From NCBI GenBank assembly GCA_964019335.1, contig OZ025674.1, forward strand, positions 558,001 through 622,000: 64,000 nt of DNA. Reading direction: 5' to 3'. A program made the translations under genes and the position numbers. Each line of letters opens with the position of its first letter. The first letter of the stretch is position 1. Below are positions 35,601-47,879 of this stretch, one piece after another. This stretch comes from Diplonema japonicum. Its lineage: Eukaryota; Protista; Euglenozoa: Diplonemea. The notes under the pieces were generated by a model. The model was not told the origin of the DNA and ran no database searches. It was given only the letters and a program-made list of their open reading frames with translations.

Positions 35601-38485
35601 ACCTTCTTTATGTAGTAGAGAAGAAGTGCCTGTCGTCGCGAGGGAAGGCGCACTGAAGGTGAAGTACACTATAAAAGGAATTGTCGAAGCTTTGGACTTG
35701 TCACCTTACCGGGCACAGCACTGTCCTGGCGACACGTCTCCTGCTATCTTGTTGCCACCATTTGTATCATACTTGATCGGCGATATTGAGGTGAATAACA
35801 ACAATATGTCAATAGAGCTTCTGACCCGAGACGTGCTATCTAGCGTGCACCCAGCAATACGGAAATGGCGTGAGGCAATCGACAGCGACTCTCTAAAAGC
35901 TGACTCAAGGCTCAAGGAAGCGCATAGCATGTCTGTGAAGCTGAAGCAGCAGGAGATGGTGCGGCGACATGAGGTGAGCCTTGGGAAACGTGTCGTCTTG
36001 CCAAGTGTGCAAACCGTGCATACAACGCTAGAGACACAGAAGGAATACAGATACTTGATTCAAGATGAAGTGCTAACCACGCACTGTGACCATGCTTCAG
36101 TGGGGACAGTTGGCAACGTGACTGATGCTGTAGTGACGAATGTATCTGATCTCAGGCGCAACATGCGCGAACTCGCTGCGGAGATGAGAGGCGAGGTGCT
36201 GCATGCTGAATACAAGCCACCGCCTCCTCCGCCAAAGGTTGTGAGCGTAGCCTTTGACGATGGGTCAATTTACCTGCTTCCCACGGAACTATTGACGGTG
36301 CACCCCGTGTCGTGGATGCCGAAGATGCCTTCGACCGTGCAGGTGTGCATACGGTACTGCGAACTAGAAGAAGGCGTGCAAGGCGCACGTGCAAGGATGC
36401 TTATCGATGGGGGTGATGATACAAGGGTCACCGATGCGCCCCTCAACGACCAAGCTTCGTATGCCTCCGTTTCACTAGACGAAGAAGAGCTGGACGACAC
36501 ACGGCCGCCTGTGCGGCCTGGGGATCCTGCACGGCCAGTTTGGGAGGAAGCTTTCGACATCGAGGTTGACAAGATCAGGCTTGCAGAGGCCCCGCTGGAG
36601 CTGCTGTTCAATGTATTTGCGGAGACCATAGAAGAGGAGATGGATGAGTATGACTACATCGTGAGGGATCTTAATGAGGGTGAGGATGAGTCTGTGATAG
36701 GCGTTGCTTCCCTAACGTTGCCTATCCACATATTGTTGGAGAATATTGACAAGCCGCGACAATTCCCCCTTGCATTGAAGCACCCCAAAGAGGGGATGCC
36801 CGACACCATGACAGTGCTTAAAGTGGGCGAAGACCCCATCCCGTACTCTGTTGGAACCCTTCACATTTCGCTACAGATGATTAAGGATGACACAGAGGAG
36901 GAAGAGGAAGAACTGAGCGACCCCTTGGCAGAGAATGCGGAGCCTTTAAGGTATGCTTCATGGTGAACTTCAATACAAGACAGCTGGCGGAAGGGCGAGT
37001 ATGCGTCTGACAGAATTTGCACAGCGTGTGACGTGGGTGGTGAAGAATACGCTGAAGCACGCTACGTGTGTGCACAGTGCGACGCAAAGCTGTGCGAAGA
37101 CTGCTGGGAGATGGACCACAAGGACCCCAAGACTCATGACCACAAGAAGTTGCTGCTGTACTATCACTGTGACTTCTGTTTCGTGGATACTGAGATGCTT
37201 AGTAGCTCAGACGGTAGACCTGCGCTGTGGGCTTGCGAAGATTGCGATCTAAACCTTTGTAAAAGCTGTTGGTACGACGAGCACAAGCATCCACAACGCC
37301 GAAGCCACGAAAAGGAGTTCCTCTATCCTGGTACTGAGACTGGAGAATGGGCGGCTGCTACTGTTCTGGCGCAGACCGTGTCCTACCACACGGACAGGTT
37401 CTTCTCCGATGCCATATCGTTCAGGACTGCTGCCTTCCTCTTGTGCGGTGCATGTAACGAGAAAGATGCCGTGTACAGCTGGCCGGTACCTTTTGAAGGT
37501 GGTGAAGGTTTCACTCCTTTTCTGCTATGTTCAGAGCACATGGTCACACAGAAGCAAGAGCACGAAGACGACCTTGCGGAGGCTGAGGCTAACAACCTGC
37601 CTCTTCCACCTGAAAGACCAAGCCCTACTTTGTTAATGGATGCATGCTACTTGTGCAGCGGGCTTGAAGGCAAGCCTGCCGTTTATACCTGCAAGGAGTG
37701 CAATATCCCTCTTTGTTCAGTTTGCTGGAAGAATCAGCATCGGCACCCTCAGCGAAGGAGCCATAAGAAGGAGGTGAACATGCAATCTGCGACGCATGGG
37801 TTGGCTCATGACCTTCTTTGCAAGATAGAAGATGCAGTGGCGCGCATGGAGATGGTGACAAGAGTGGAAGAGCCATTGGTATGCTATTGCTTGTTTGCTT
37901 GCTTTTTAACACAAACAGATGACGGTTGTGAAGAGGAGTAACGAAGCAGACGTGTGGAGAGCAAGGCTGCGTGCGCAAGAGGAAGGCCTTGTGCATGCTG
38001 TGGAGGTTGCCGAAATGCGCAACGAGCGAGATGAGAGGGCACGGGCGCGATCTGCACGTGACGGAGAAGTGCTCACAAAGCATAACGGGTACATAAGCAG
38101 TGGTGGCGACATCGGTATCTCGCAACGCCTCACTATCGAAGAGGCGAAGGAGATGTGTCTAAAGATACCAGACTGCAAAGGCTTCACTTTCAAGGAAGAG
38201 CCGCACAATAATAAGGTTCGTGTATTCTTCAAAAACACGTGGAACCTGCAAGGCAGGAGCAAAGGATGGACATCGTTCCGAAAGGAGGACAAGCCTATTC
38301 TAGGGCTGTGCCACCATGGCGCCCTCAAGGCTTACTGCGGTGAGTGCCACAAGGAGAAGAACCAGCGGAAGCCTGTTGGTTTAGCAGCCATCGGGGCCAT
38401 TGACCCAGCGGTGGGTGTTCCCAGCTACAAGGATCCCGATGCTCTTGAGGCAAGACTTGCAAATATGATATGGAATAGTGCCTAG
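32635..38485 (+). CDS. ~1914 aa protein: tandem ADP-ribosyltransferase-like modules, C2 domains, several B-box zinc fingers, C-terminal PAN/Apple-like motif, 3 introns
   Basis: Introns 32749-32781, 36951-36983 and 37879-37918 fuse the ORFs. ART-like LYRG..TW..ISYYPDE..P. C2-like PVWEEAFDI..VIGVASL. Repeated C..C...LC..CW...H..P....H B-boxes. AKEMC...DCKGFTF. Confidence 0.7.
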
Positions 38486-38549
38486 ATTATTGTATTTTAA
38501 ACATAGATTTTTTTTTCTTCCTCCGAATGTTATTTACTCAGCACAGAAT

Positions 38550-40214
38550 ATGGCCGACGATGAAGCTGAGAAGAGTAGCAAAAAAGAGGAAGACAAAGAA
38601 GAGAATGTAGACGAGGAGCAGGAGGTGCAAGAAATAAAGGAAAAAGATGAAACTGCAGAAGCAGCGGAGCAAGCAGGTGAGGAGGTCAATGAAGGAGAAG
38701 TGCAAACGGAGAACGAAGCTGCACAGTCTGCAGAACCTAAGGATCATGTACAAAGCGTAGAACAAGGGGAGGGTGACTCAACTGTTGTTGAAGCATCGCC
38801 AGAGCCCGATTCCGAGCCTGTATTAGAACCTGACCCATCTCCTGTTCCAGAACCTGCTCCCGTACCTGAGGTTGAACCTGAAAAGACAGAGCCCGAGCCG
38901 ACTCAAGAGGGCACGGCTGAAAAAACTGAAAGTGTCCCCAAAAAGAAAGGAAAGCGAAAGCGTAAAAAGAAAAAGGCACAAGATGACGAGATCGTACCAC
39001 CAGAAGAAACCAATGATGCAACCGAAGAGCCACTCAAGCAATACACGTGCGAGGACTGTCTTGAAGAGGCTGCTGCTGTAGAGTGCACAACTTGTGATTT
39101 GAGGTTGTGCCAACGCTGTAGTGACATCATCCACCAGAGGAGGGCATTTTCGTCACACTCGCTAAGTCCTATCAAGGCTGTAGCCAAACATATGTGTCTG
39201 AGATGTGGTGAGAATGCTTCCATGGCGATGTGCGACGAGGGCTGCTTGGGTGGTGCGGCCATGTGCGTTCAGTGCTGGTTCGCTGTGCACAGCACGTCTG
39301 ATAAAATAGCACACAAACCACAGTTCCTTTTGTGGCCGTGTGAAAAGTGCTACACTGAACGGCAGTGCGAAGGGACTGGCAAGGCACCCCCTGCGATATG
39401 GAAGTGCGAGACGTGCAACGTGAACCTGTGCCGTTCCTGTTGGCGCAGCGTGCACCAGGTGGGCAGTCCTGCTAGTTACCACATTCCGACGGAGCTGTAT
39501 CCGAAAGAGAATAGCCCTCTGTTGTTGATGGAGAAAAGCCAGAAATGTGAGATTAGCCAACCGCCGTACCTTCCACCATCACCCCCAACAGGTACGCCTG
39601 CTGTGCACCCGAGTCCCGCAGGCCCACGCAGACAGTCGGCAGTGTCGATCGCGTCTCCTTTTTCAGCACCAGCACCATCCCCGCTGCCTTCGTCGCCCAA
39701 CTCCAAAAGGGAAGGTGTTGTGCAGCACTTTTACACAGCAAATGACTTGAACAGAGAGGGTCCAGACCGCCGTTCACTTCATGAGAGGGTTAGTGCTACT
39801 GAGCAGGAAGCTGTTCGCCGCGAGTGGTCGCGCACAGGGGTCAATCCTTATCACAGATACCGCCTCATGAATTACTTCAATGTGCGCTGCCCTTCGAAAT
39901 TACCGTCGGTGGTGTCAACGTTACACGCTTTTGAAGGAAGAGAGAGCGAACTCTTTGCAAGACTGGCGGAAGCCCATGGAGAAGAGCCCAAATATGACCA
40001 TCTTGCGCAGGCCATGCGGCCGGGATGGAGGGCCGTGCAATCCCCACAGGGCGAAGTCTTTTACTTGCACCAGCGTGGCGCCAAACAGTGGGCGCATCCC
40101 ACGGCACATTCTTATTTAGCCTCATTGGCTCCTATTTCCACACCAGCCGCTCAGCTGGCGACCTTTGGCCACAGGGGCCTCATGGTGCATGAGGACACCA
40201 AACGAACACGTTGA
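38550..40214 (+). CDS. Acidic N-terminus + three B-box zinc fingers + helical domain + WW domain
   Basis: CEDC..CTTCDLRLCQRCSDIIH..H and two further B-boxes. RL..YF...PSKL...EGRESELF..GEEP module. WW: PGWRAVQSPQGEVFYLHQRGAKQWAHP. Confidence 0.75.
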   Translation: MADDEAEKSSKKEEDKEENVDEEQEVQEIKEKDETAEAAEQAGEEVNEGEVQTENEAAQSAEPKDHVQSVEQGEGDSTVVEASPEPDSEPVLEPDPSPVPEPAPVPEVEPEKTEPEPTQEGTAEKTESVPKKKGKRKRKKKKAQDDEIVPPEETNDATEEPLKQYTCEDCLEEAAAVECTTCDLRLCQRCSDIIHQRRAFSSHSLSPIKAVAKHMCLRCGENASMAMCDEGCLGGAAMCVQCWFAVHSTSDKIAHKPQFLLWPCEKCYTERQCEGTGKAPPAIWKCETCNVNLCRSCWRSVHQVGSPASYHIPTELYPKENSPLLLMEKSQKCEISQPPYLPPSPPTGTPAVHPSPAGPRRQSAVSIASPFSAPAPSPLPSSPNSKREGVVQHFYTANDLNREGPDRRSLHERVSATEQEAVRREWSRTGVNPYHRYRLMNYFNVRCPSKLPSVVSTLHAFEGRESELFARLAEAHGEEPKYDHLAQAMRPGWRAVQSPQGEVFYLHQRGAKQWAHPTAHSYLASLAPISTPAAQLATFGHRGLMVHEDTKRTR

Positions 40215-40354
40215 TTGTACACGTTTATTTTTTTTTCTCAAAGTTGTAGTATTTTCTTTTTTTGCCCTAACAGCTATTGTCTTTGCTACAACTTGTAGTG
40301 GCAAAAAAAGCGTTGCTCATTTTTTAAGACAGCAATGAAAGGTAATGGAATAAT

Positions 40355-41224
40355 ATGCAACGAGTAGGCGAGTCAGTGTTATACGCTGCGGCACGGACCG
40401 GGAGCGACATCGTGTGCACACGGCTCATCCAGGAGCACTTCGGGAGGCGGGAGCCGGTGGCGGTCGATATGCCACTCGTATTGAGAGAGTTCGCACTGCA
40501 GAATAGGTACTACTTAGCGAAGCATGTGTTGGAAGTGTTGGCGGTACAAGGCACGGCACATCCCAGCTATTATTTGCATACGGCTTCGTTTGCACCCAGT
40601 TACGAAGAGGCAGAGGAAGTGTTGAGAAACATAGAGTTCAGCAACGGTGTAGCGTACTCATTGATGGCAGCTTGCATGACGAACAGGAATTCTCCAAAGG
40701 CGGAGGAGATTCTCCAGAGAATGGAAGAGAAAGGTTTAGAAGTAACATCTCAGCATTACGCTGCGCTACTGAGGTGCTACACAGACTTCGCGGACGTCGA
40801 GAGGTTGTGGAAGGAAATCATCGAGCAAAAAAAGCAAACTGTTACAACCAGCAAGATGTTCTTCCTTGCGTGTGGTGATGCTGCAAAGTCACGCCGTGAT
40901 AAGTACGTGCTGCATGCAGAAGCCCACTGGAACGAAATACGGCACAAAGGGTACTACAGCAACAAATGGCTTTGGGCAGCAATGATGCGGGTCTACTGCA
41001 AGAGCCACGATGTCACGTCTGCCGAGGCCTTTTACAGAGTGTGCCAACAGCATGCAAAAGATAACACAATCCTTCTGCGGACGCACCACCTTGAGAACTA
41101 TCTGAAGCAAGCCAGGCTTCAAGGCAACGCCCCTGACGATGACGACACAAATCTAGACATCTTGTGCCTTTGGTATTTCCTGCTCAGCATGAGAGTGTAC
41201 TTTTATTACAGGGGTGGGATATGA
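40355..41224 (+). CDS. Pentatricopeptide-repeat-like protein
   Basis: AYSLMAAC..AEEILQRMEEKGLEVTSQHYAALLRCY and LWAAMMRVYCKSHDVTSAEAFY are PPR-type helices. Both ends are uncertain. Confidence 0.6.
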   Translation: MQRVGESVLYAAARTGSDIVCTRLIQEHFGRREPVAVDMPLVLREFALQNRYYLAKHVLEVLAVQGTAHPSYYLHTASFAPSYEEAEEVLRNIEFSNGVAYSLMAACMTNRNSPKAEEILQRMEEKGLEVTSQHYAALLRCYTDFADVERLWKEIIEQKKQTVTTSKMFFLACGDAAKSRRDKYVLHAEAHWNEIRHKGYYSNKWLWAAMMRVYCKSHDVTSAEAFYRVCQQHAKDNTILLRTHHLENYLKQARLQGNAPDDDDTNLDILCLWYFLLSMRVYFYYRGGI

Positions 41225-42553
41225 ATGACAGCAGCAGCCTGAGCACGTCGTCAGATGATTTCCCGACACCACAGGGAGCTAGATGGAATAGGCCAGTAGC
41301 CCGAAGTAAGACAACTGGGAATGGGGTATGAGCTTCGCTATTTGTTACACACCATTAGGTATCCACGCTTCAGGCAGTACCACGCTCTGTACCCCAGAAG
41401 CAGGCGTGGGCTCCGCCAGCACCACCGGCGGATGAGCCCAGCACGCAGCGCAAGCTGCAGTACGACGCGTCGCACTCTACGGTGTGCAGTATAGAAGTTG
41501 ACAAGGAGTCGCCAGGTACCACAATTGAGGATATTGTGCCTTTGGATAGCCTACGTCGTCTGCGAGACAGTTTCGTGACACATCATCACAAAGCAGCAGT
41601 GGGTAGTGAGCCGCAAACGCGACCTAAGCAGCTGCACGAAAGCCCTGATCGCGTTACTGATGCTGCTGCGACGCAGCCCGAGAATCAGGTACACACACAG
41701 CGCCTGAGTCACCCCAAAGACGCCAGGAACATAACTGTGAGTTCAGTCGACGTCGCCTCGGAGATGACTCCGCAGAAGGATTTACAGAAGGTCGTGCTAG
41801 AACAGGAGGAGCGCATCCGTGACTTGGTTAAAGTACTGCAAGAAGCATCGGCCGAAATAAAGAGGGAAAGACGCTTGCGTGAAAAACAGAAAGAAGAATA
41901 CGACCGGCTGCGCAATGGGAAGGAAGGTATCGCGTCCGCTGCTATGGTGTCGATGAAGTTAGACAACGAGACACTGGCTCGTGAAGTGCAGCGGCTCCGG
42001 GCATCAGAGGCACGACAGTCTGAAATGTATGGTCAGAAATTGGAGACCATGAGGAATGCATTGCAGCACGTCGAGAAGATGAGGGAAGAAGAGGTCGAAG
42101 AGGCAATGAGAAACAGAGAGCAAATAGATGCCTTGCAGGACGAAGTACGCAGAATGAAAGAGTCAGCAAGGCAGAGGCATGTCCACCAGATAGGCACTAA
42201 GGTTAATGAAGACGCACAACTTGTAGAGCGTATGAAGAGGGCCTTGGCACCGCCACCCGACCCTGAATCCATGGCAGTGCTCATAGACAGCATGGTGCGC
42301 GAGCTGAAGCGATTGTGGCGCGAAGAGAATAAAGAGCTGCTCCTGATAAAAAGGGGAAGAAACCTTTACAGCTTCGGCGAGAGGAAACTCAACCTCCAGC
42401 TTGTGAATGGTAAGCTGGCATATCGCGCTGGTGGGGGGCACAAGGTGTGTTTTTGCATTTAATTCACTGTAACTACTGTAGGACCTGCTGACGTTTCTCG
42501 AAACGCAGGAGCGGAGCCGGCGGGCAATTGTGCAACATGTACCTTTGATGTAG
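41221..42553 (+). CDS. Coiled-coil protein with C-terminal GAS2/GAR-like microtubule-binding domain, 2 introns
   Basis: Introns 41326-41358 and 42445-42481. YSFGERKLNLQLVNGKLAYRAGGGHK|DLLTFL matches the GAR V-R-V-G-G-G motif. Confidence 0.65.
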
Positions 42554-42608
42554 AATAGAACATAGAGTCTTATTGTGAGGGCACAAGCATTTTAACGACA
42601 CCACAGGA

Positions 42609-45600
42609 ATGGAGGAGACACGAACACCAGGGGGGGTTTCAATATCTCCTCTGCATGAAAGGAGCGCGTCTATGATGTCGGGTGTGTCCCCTTCACCGCC
42701 CACGTTGGACAGCACCACCATGAGGCTGCCCAGCGTGACGCCTCCGAAGCCGCCTCCGCCGTACTCCAATTGCCCTGAGGAGTGCGAGGCTATTAACGTT
42801 GCGCTCGTGAAACAGCAGTTGGGCACGCATTTTAAGAAGACAGGTATAGAAGGCATTGCAATGAAATACGAATCGTCAATCACGGAGGCAGCTGCCCTAC
42901 GCAGACAGGTGCACTCCCTCAAGCTCCAACTTGGGAAGCCTGACTCTCTCGCTTTTGACCCCCTCCCAATGAACGTGACGGAGAGCCCGATGCAGAGCCC
43001 CAAGAGGATGTTCAGAAATGAGGAAGAAGAAGAAATGTGGAAAGCAATGAATGTGGATGTACTAACCAAACTCGATGCCATTGACAAGGTCGAGAGAATC
43101 AAGCAAGAGTACGAAGACACACAGCGCGAACTGCGTCAGGAGCTAGTGGTTAAGGAAGAGGTACTGGCCATGCTCACAGAGCAGATGAAGTCAATGATCG
43201 ACAGAGGACAGTTCCTGAATATACAGAAAGAACTCGAGGCAACCTTTGAGCAACTGCAGGTATTTCGTCACACAGACAACGATTTAAACAGGTCATGAAA
43301 CGGGAGAAGGGGCTCATTTCCCGTCAGAGAGACGAGGCCTGCATGACTCTGCAGACAGTCACCCAAGAGACAGAGTGGAAGACACAAGAGGCTGTTGCTG
43401 AAGCTGTTAAGAAAGCACAAGAGCTACATGCAAAAGAGGTTTTGAGCATGAACGATGCAATGCACCAGGCGAAAGGGGCCGCAATACCGAAGGAGACCCT
43501 TGAAGTACTTGAGGAGCAGCTGCGAAGCTCACAGATGGCACTCGCAGCGGCACACAAGCAGCTGGATGAAAAAGAGCAGGAGATCGCACGCTCAGCCGAG
43601 GTATGAAACACGGAATGCACCATGACACACAAGCAGGTACAAAAACAGCTTGAGTCAAAGGAGGAAGTGGTGCGTGAGCTGGCTGATTCTCTGCAGGTAC
43701 GTAGAAATGTACTATGAGATTACTTTTATCACAGGCCCAGGCGCTGGCGCACAAGCAAACCTTAACGGAAGCCCAGGAGCGTGAGACAAAGATAGAGTCA
43801 CTCACAACGCACCGACAGAAGAGTTTAGAAGTAGTCACAACACTCCAGAAAAAGCTGGAAGAACGTGAAGCTAAAGCCTTGCGCATGGCAGGGCTGCTCG
43901 AAGAGAAGGAACACGAAACCCAAGCACTGCAGGTATTGCTGTAGCTTTTTCTCAAGCCTAATACAGAACCAGTTGGCGGGCTTTACAGACCACCTAAGGA
44001 GCCACCTTTTGCAGAAGGATGAACAAATGAAGAGGGCTGAACAGGATCACACGAACGAGCTAAAGATGACACACCTGAAACATACTGAGTTAGAGACACG
44101 GGCTTCAGTGCTGCAGACGTTGTTGGACCAAAAGTCCGAAGCGGCAAGAATGGGTGTTGCAATAAAAGAGGAGGAGCTGGTGGCTCAGGGAGCAACGGTG
44201 GACGAGCTTCGTGAACAAAACCAGCTGCTCAGCAGCGAGATTGCGAACGTGCGGCACACAATGGAGGAGTCATTCAAGGTGAGCGCGGACATTGTTGACC
44301 GGCAGCTGCGCACGTTGCAGGCAGATTGCGAGTCTCTGCAGCGCATGAATGCGAAGCTGGAGGACCAGCTCAACGAGAGAAACGATCTTGTTACAGAACA
44401 GCAGGAGAATATCGCTTCCCTGCAAGCCAGACTGTTGCAAGCGGAAGTTTCATTACAATTGTCCGAGTCACTAACAAATAAGAATGCAGTGCTTGAGGTC
44501 AGGGTGCAAGAGCTGGAGAGTAGATTGGGGGATAAGGAACGTCAATGCATGGAGTCGGAGGAGTCACTGCGCGAGATGAAAAGCAAAGGCACTGAAGTGA
44601 TTCTGAACCTAACTTCGCAGCTAGATGACGCAGAGCAGAAGAACAGAGAGCAGACGATTCATGAGTCAAGAGAGCAGGAGACCATTCAGAGTTTGCGTGA
44701 ACATCTCAGCTACGCGGAGAGCGAAATAGCTAGACTGACTCAAGAAGCGGCAACAAGCAAGCAGCAAGATGAGAGGTCAATTAAACTCAATGAAGAACTT
44801 GAAAGCAGCAAGGAGTCATTCAACTGGCTGTCAAAGAAGGTGGAAGAGGTTAGTGCGCAGCTCACAGAGAGAGACACAACAATCAGTTCGTTCAAAGCAG
44901 CTTGTGAGGAGAAGGACGAGACAATTAGGCAGCTGCGAGCTTTGCTGCAGAAGTCCAGCGACGCGCTTGATCTGCTGCAGGTATGAGTCGGCTTGCTAAA
45001 CGCATATTCCTTGCACAGAACAGCGCACAAGCTTCCGGCAATGAGTACAGCGAGAAGCTGGTCGAACTGACAGAAGATATGCAGGCATTGCAGCAAACCA
45101 CGAACATCAAGGACAGCGAGCTGGAGGCTCTGAACGCCCAGATCACTGCGTTAAGCAACAGCTTGGACAATGCCCTAGGGCAAAATGAACAAGTTAATGC
45201 TAAGGTATGCCGGATATCTTTGAGAAAGCCAATTTCAGATATTACTCTTGGAACAAGAACTACAGCAGAAGAAATCGGTGCTTCTTGTAACGGAAGCCGA
45301 GAAAACGAAGCTAGCTCGCTTCCTGGAGGATAGCCACAGGGATCTCAGCGAAAAGTCAGCCAACCGTGAAGCACACCACAAGAATGAAGTACAGTCTTAC
45401 AAGGAAACACTCATCCAGCTGGAAGCACACAAGACAAAGCTTGAACGAGACGTCGTTCTTTACGATGAACGAGTGCACATGTTGGAGGAGTCGGCGCTCG
45501 TAACGAAGCAGCTGCACATCATACAGCAAGAAGACCTGGTGTCACGTTTAATGCTGCAGGAAGAAGCTCTTGTGTTTGAGTGCATCAGACTTACAGCTGT

Positions 45601-47759
45601 GGCTCAGACAGCAGCACTGAGGGAAAAAAGCCTTGTGGCCGCCATCCGCGAGAAGGAACGAGTGGAGAGCGAGCTCCGTGCACTTGACGAGCAGTCACGC
45701 GTTGAATTAGTTGGTCAGGCAAAAAAGAAAGAAGAAGAGCTTGGAGCTGTTGCTTCCCAGATGCGTGGCAGGGTGAGCTCTTTAGAAGAGGTTAATGCAA
45801 AGTTGCAGCAAGGGCTATGCGAAAGCAAGTCTAGAGAAGCACAGCTCAAGCAGAAGACAGAAGGACTTGAACAAGAGCTATCCAATAGCAAGAAGGAAAC
45901 ACACGAAGCAACACTGAAATTGGAAGAGGCAAGGCGATCACACGCGGCGCAAATTCAGGAGATGGAAATCGAACAAGCAGCGCGCGACTCAGCTATTAAG
46001 AGGCTCCAGGGTGTGAAAACAGAGCTCCAGGCCGCGGCAGGGGGGAAAGAGAAGTTGCTTTACGAGCTCAGTAACCGAATGGATGAAAAGTCTGCTGATG
46101 TGCACAGCCTTCACGTAGCACTTGAGGAGAGCGTGCAACAAGTGAATATCCTGCGAGAACAACTAAACGCACGCGACAGCGAGTATCTCGCGCAGTCCCA
46201 AGCGTTGATGATTGCCAAAAAAGAGGCAGCAGGACAACAAGTCGGTGCGAAACAAGCAGCTGATATTAATGCGGCGAAGATCGAAGCACTTAGAAAGGAA
46301 ATGGCGGAATGTGCTCATCGTCTCTCAGAAAAGAACGAAGAAGTGTTGGTGCTGTCGGCACAGGTAGTGAGACTCGAGGAGGAGGTGGTCTCGGCAAAGA
46401 GCTTGCTGTCTGCGGAGAAGGGAGAGTCGAATGTCAAGTCATTGTCGTTGCAAGGCAAGGAAACAGAAAGCAAGCGTTTGACAATGCAACTGGAGTCTCT
46501 CAGGAATGCCCTTGCAGAGAACGATAAGAGATTAATCGAGAAGACAGCAGAAGTATGTTTTCCCAGTATTACACCATTCATACAGCTTGAGCACCAGAGA
46601 TTGGACAAGGAAGAGGCACTCAGTAAACACGCAGCTGCTCTGGCTGATGCGCAGTCTGCTGGATTAGAGAAAACACAACAGAACTGTGAGCTTGCTGCGC
46701 AGTTGGAGATATACAAGCGTGCTGCGAGGCAGGCAGGTGAAGCGGGCCAGGCCGCGCAAATGAAGTTGGAAGAAAGCTGCAAAGCGAACGAATCGATGCT
46801 GCAGAGGGCTGAGAGGAGAATAGAGCTCTTACAGGTGTGATCAGCAACATGTTAGCACCCCCAACAGGAACAACTGACTGCTTCGGGTACACGCGAGAGG
46901 GAGCTGCATGTATCTTCAGAGGCGGAGACGCAGAAAATTAAGACGGAGTATGAGAGCACAGTTTCGATTTTAAAGTGCGACCTCACTGCTAAGGAGGCTG
47001 CGCTGAGGAACCTGCAGCAGCAGCTTGACGGGAGTAATGTATGCTGATTCCAGAAACAACAACATTTCACAGAAGAACACCGTCAGCAACGAGTACGCTA
47101 TCCAAGCGGAGAAAGCACTCACCGCGCTCACAGAGGAGGTACAGCGGCTGCGTTCGGAGGCCATGAACAAGGACGAGACACTCCGCCGTCACGGTTCAGT
47201 AGCCGACATGCACACTACCGAGGTTGTGCAGCTCCGAACTGCTTTAAGCGATGAGGTTGCGAGGGTGACACGATTGAATCAAGAAGTGCTTTCCTTACAC
47301 AAACATCTGGGGGAGACACAGACAGGGTCCAAACTAACAGAACTGAAGCGTATTTCTGATGAACTTGCAAAGAGATACAAAGAGATTGAGGCAATGTTCT
47401 GTACACCCTTCATCACGCCCAATGCCGACGGCTGGGATGGTAACGTGGCTGCCGCCTTCATCAGGACGGTGAAGCAGTGGTGCATCGACTACTGCGAGGT
47501 GATGGACGGGAGGGATGTGCCACATGTGAACGTTTCCCCCGCCAGAATATCCCCTCCAAGGTCCAAGGGCCTTCTCGCCACTGTCGCAGCGCAGCCGTTA
47601 ATCATGCCGAAGGCACCGTCTCAGGAGGCAGTGCCTGCCCTCTCATCACGAAGCGTCAATGCAACTAAAAGCACAACCGCCATGAAGAAGGTGAAGCCGG
47701 CATCGAAGGCAGGCGCTAAGCCAGCGCCAAAAAAAACAACCAGGCCCTTCATGAGGTAG
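42609..47759 (+). CDS. Very long coiled-coil protein, 9 micro-introns
   Basis: E/K/Q/L heptad composition. Phase-0 introns 43260-43291, 43601-43636, 43697-43734, 43933-43966, 44981-45018, 45205-45238, 46553-46585, 46835-46867 and 47039-47072 restore a single frame. Confidence 0.8.
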
Positions 47760-47879
47760 CCTTAGAGTTGATAGACATTCGCATTTAGATTTGTTACCGT
47801 GTAATAGATAATTCTCTTTTGATTGTTGTCCCGGACTACCACTTAAGGCATTTACTTTTCCACTACATGGCACACAGGT

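Noticed and set aside
42609-47759. Apparent frameshifts or stop-codon readthrough suggesting pseudogenes, editing or an alternative genetic code
   Set aside because: Every break is explained by a GT-AG micro-intron, and TAA, TAG and TGA all serve as real stops.
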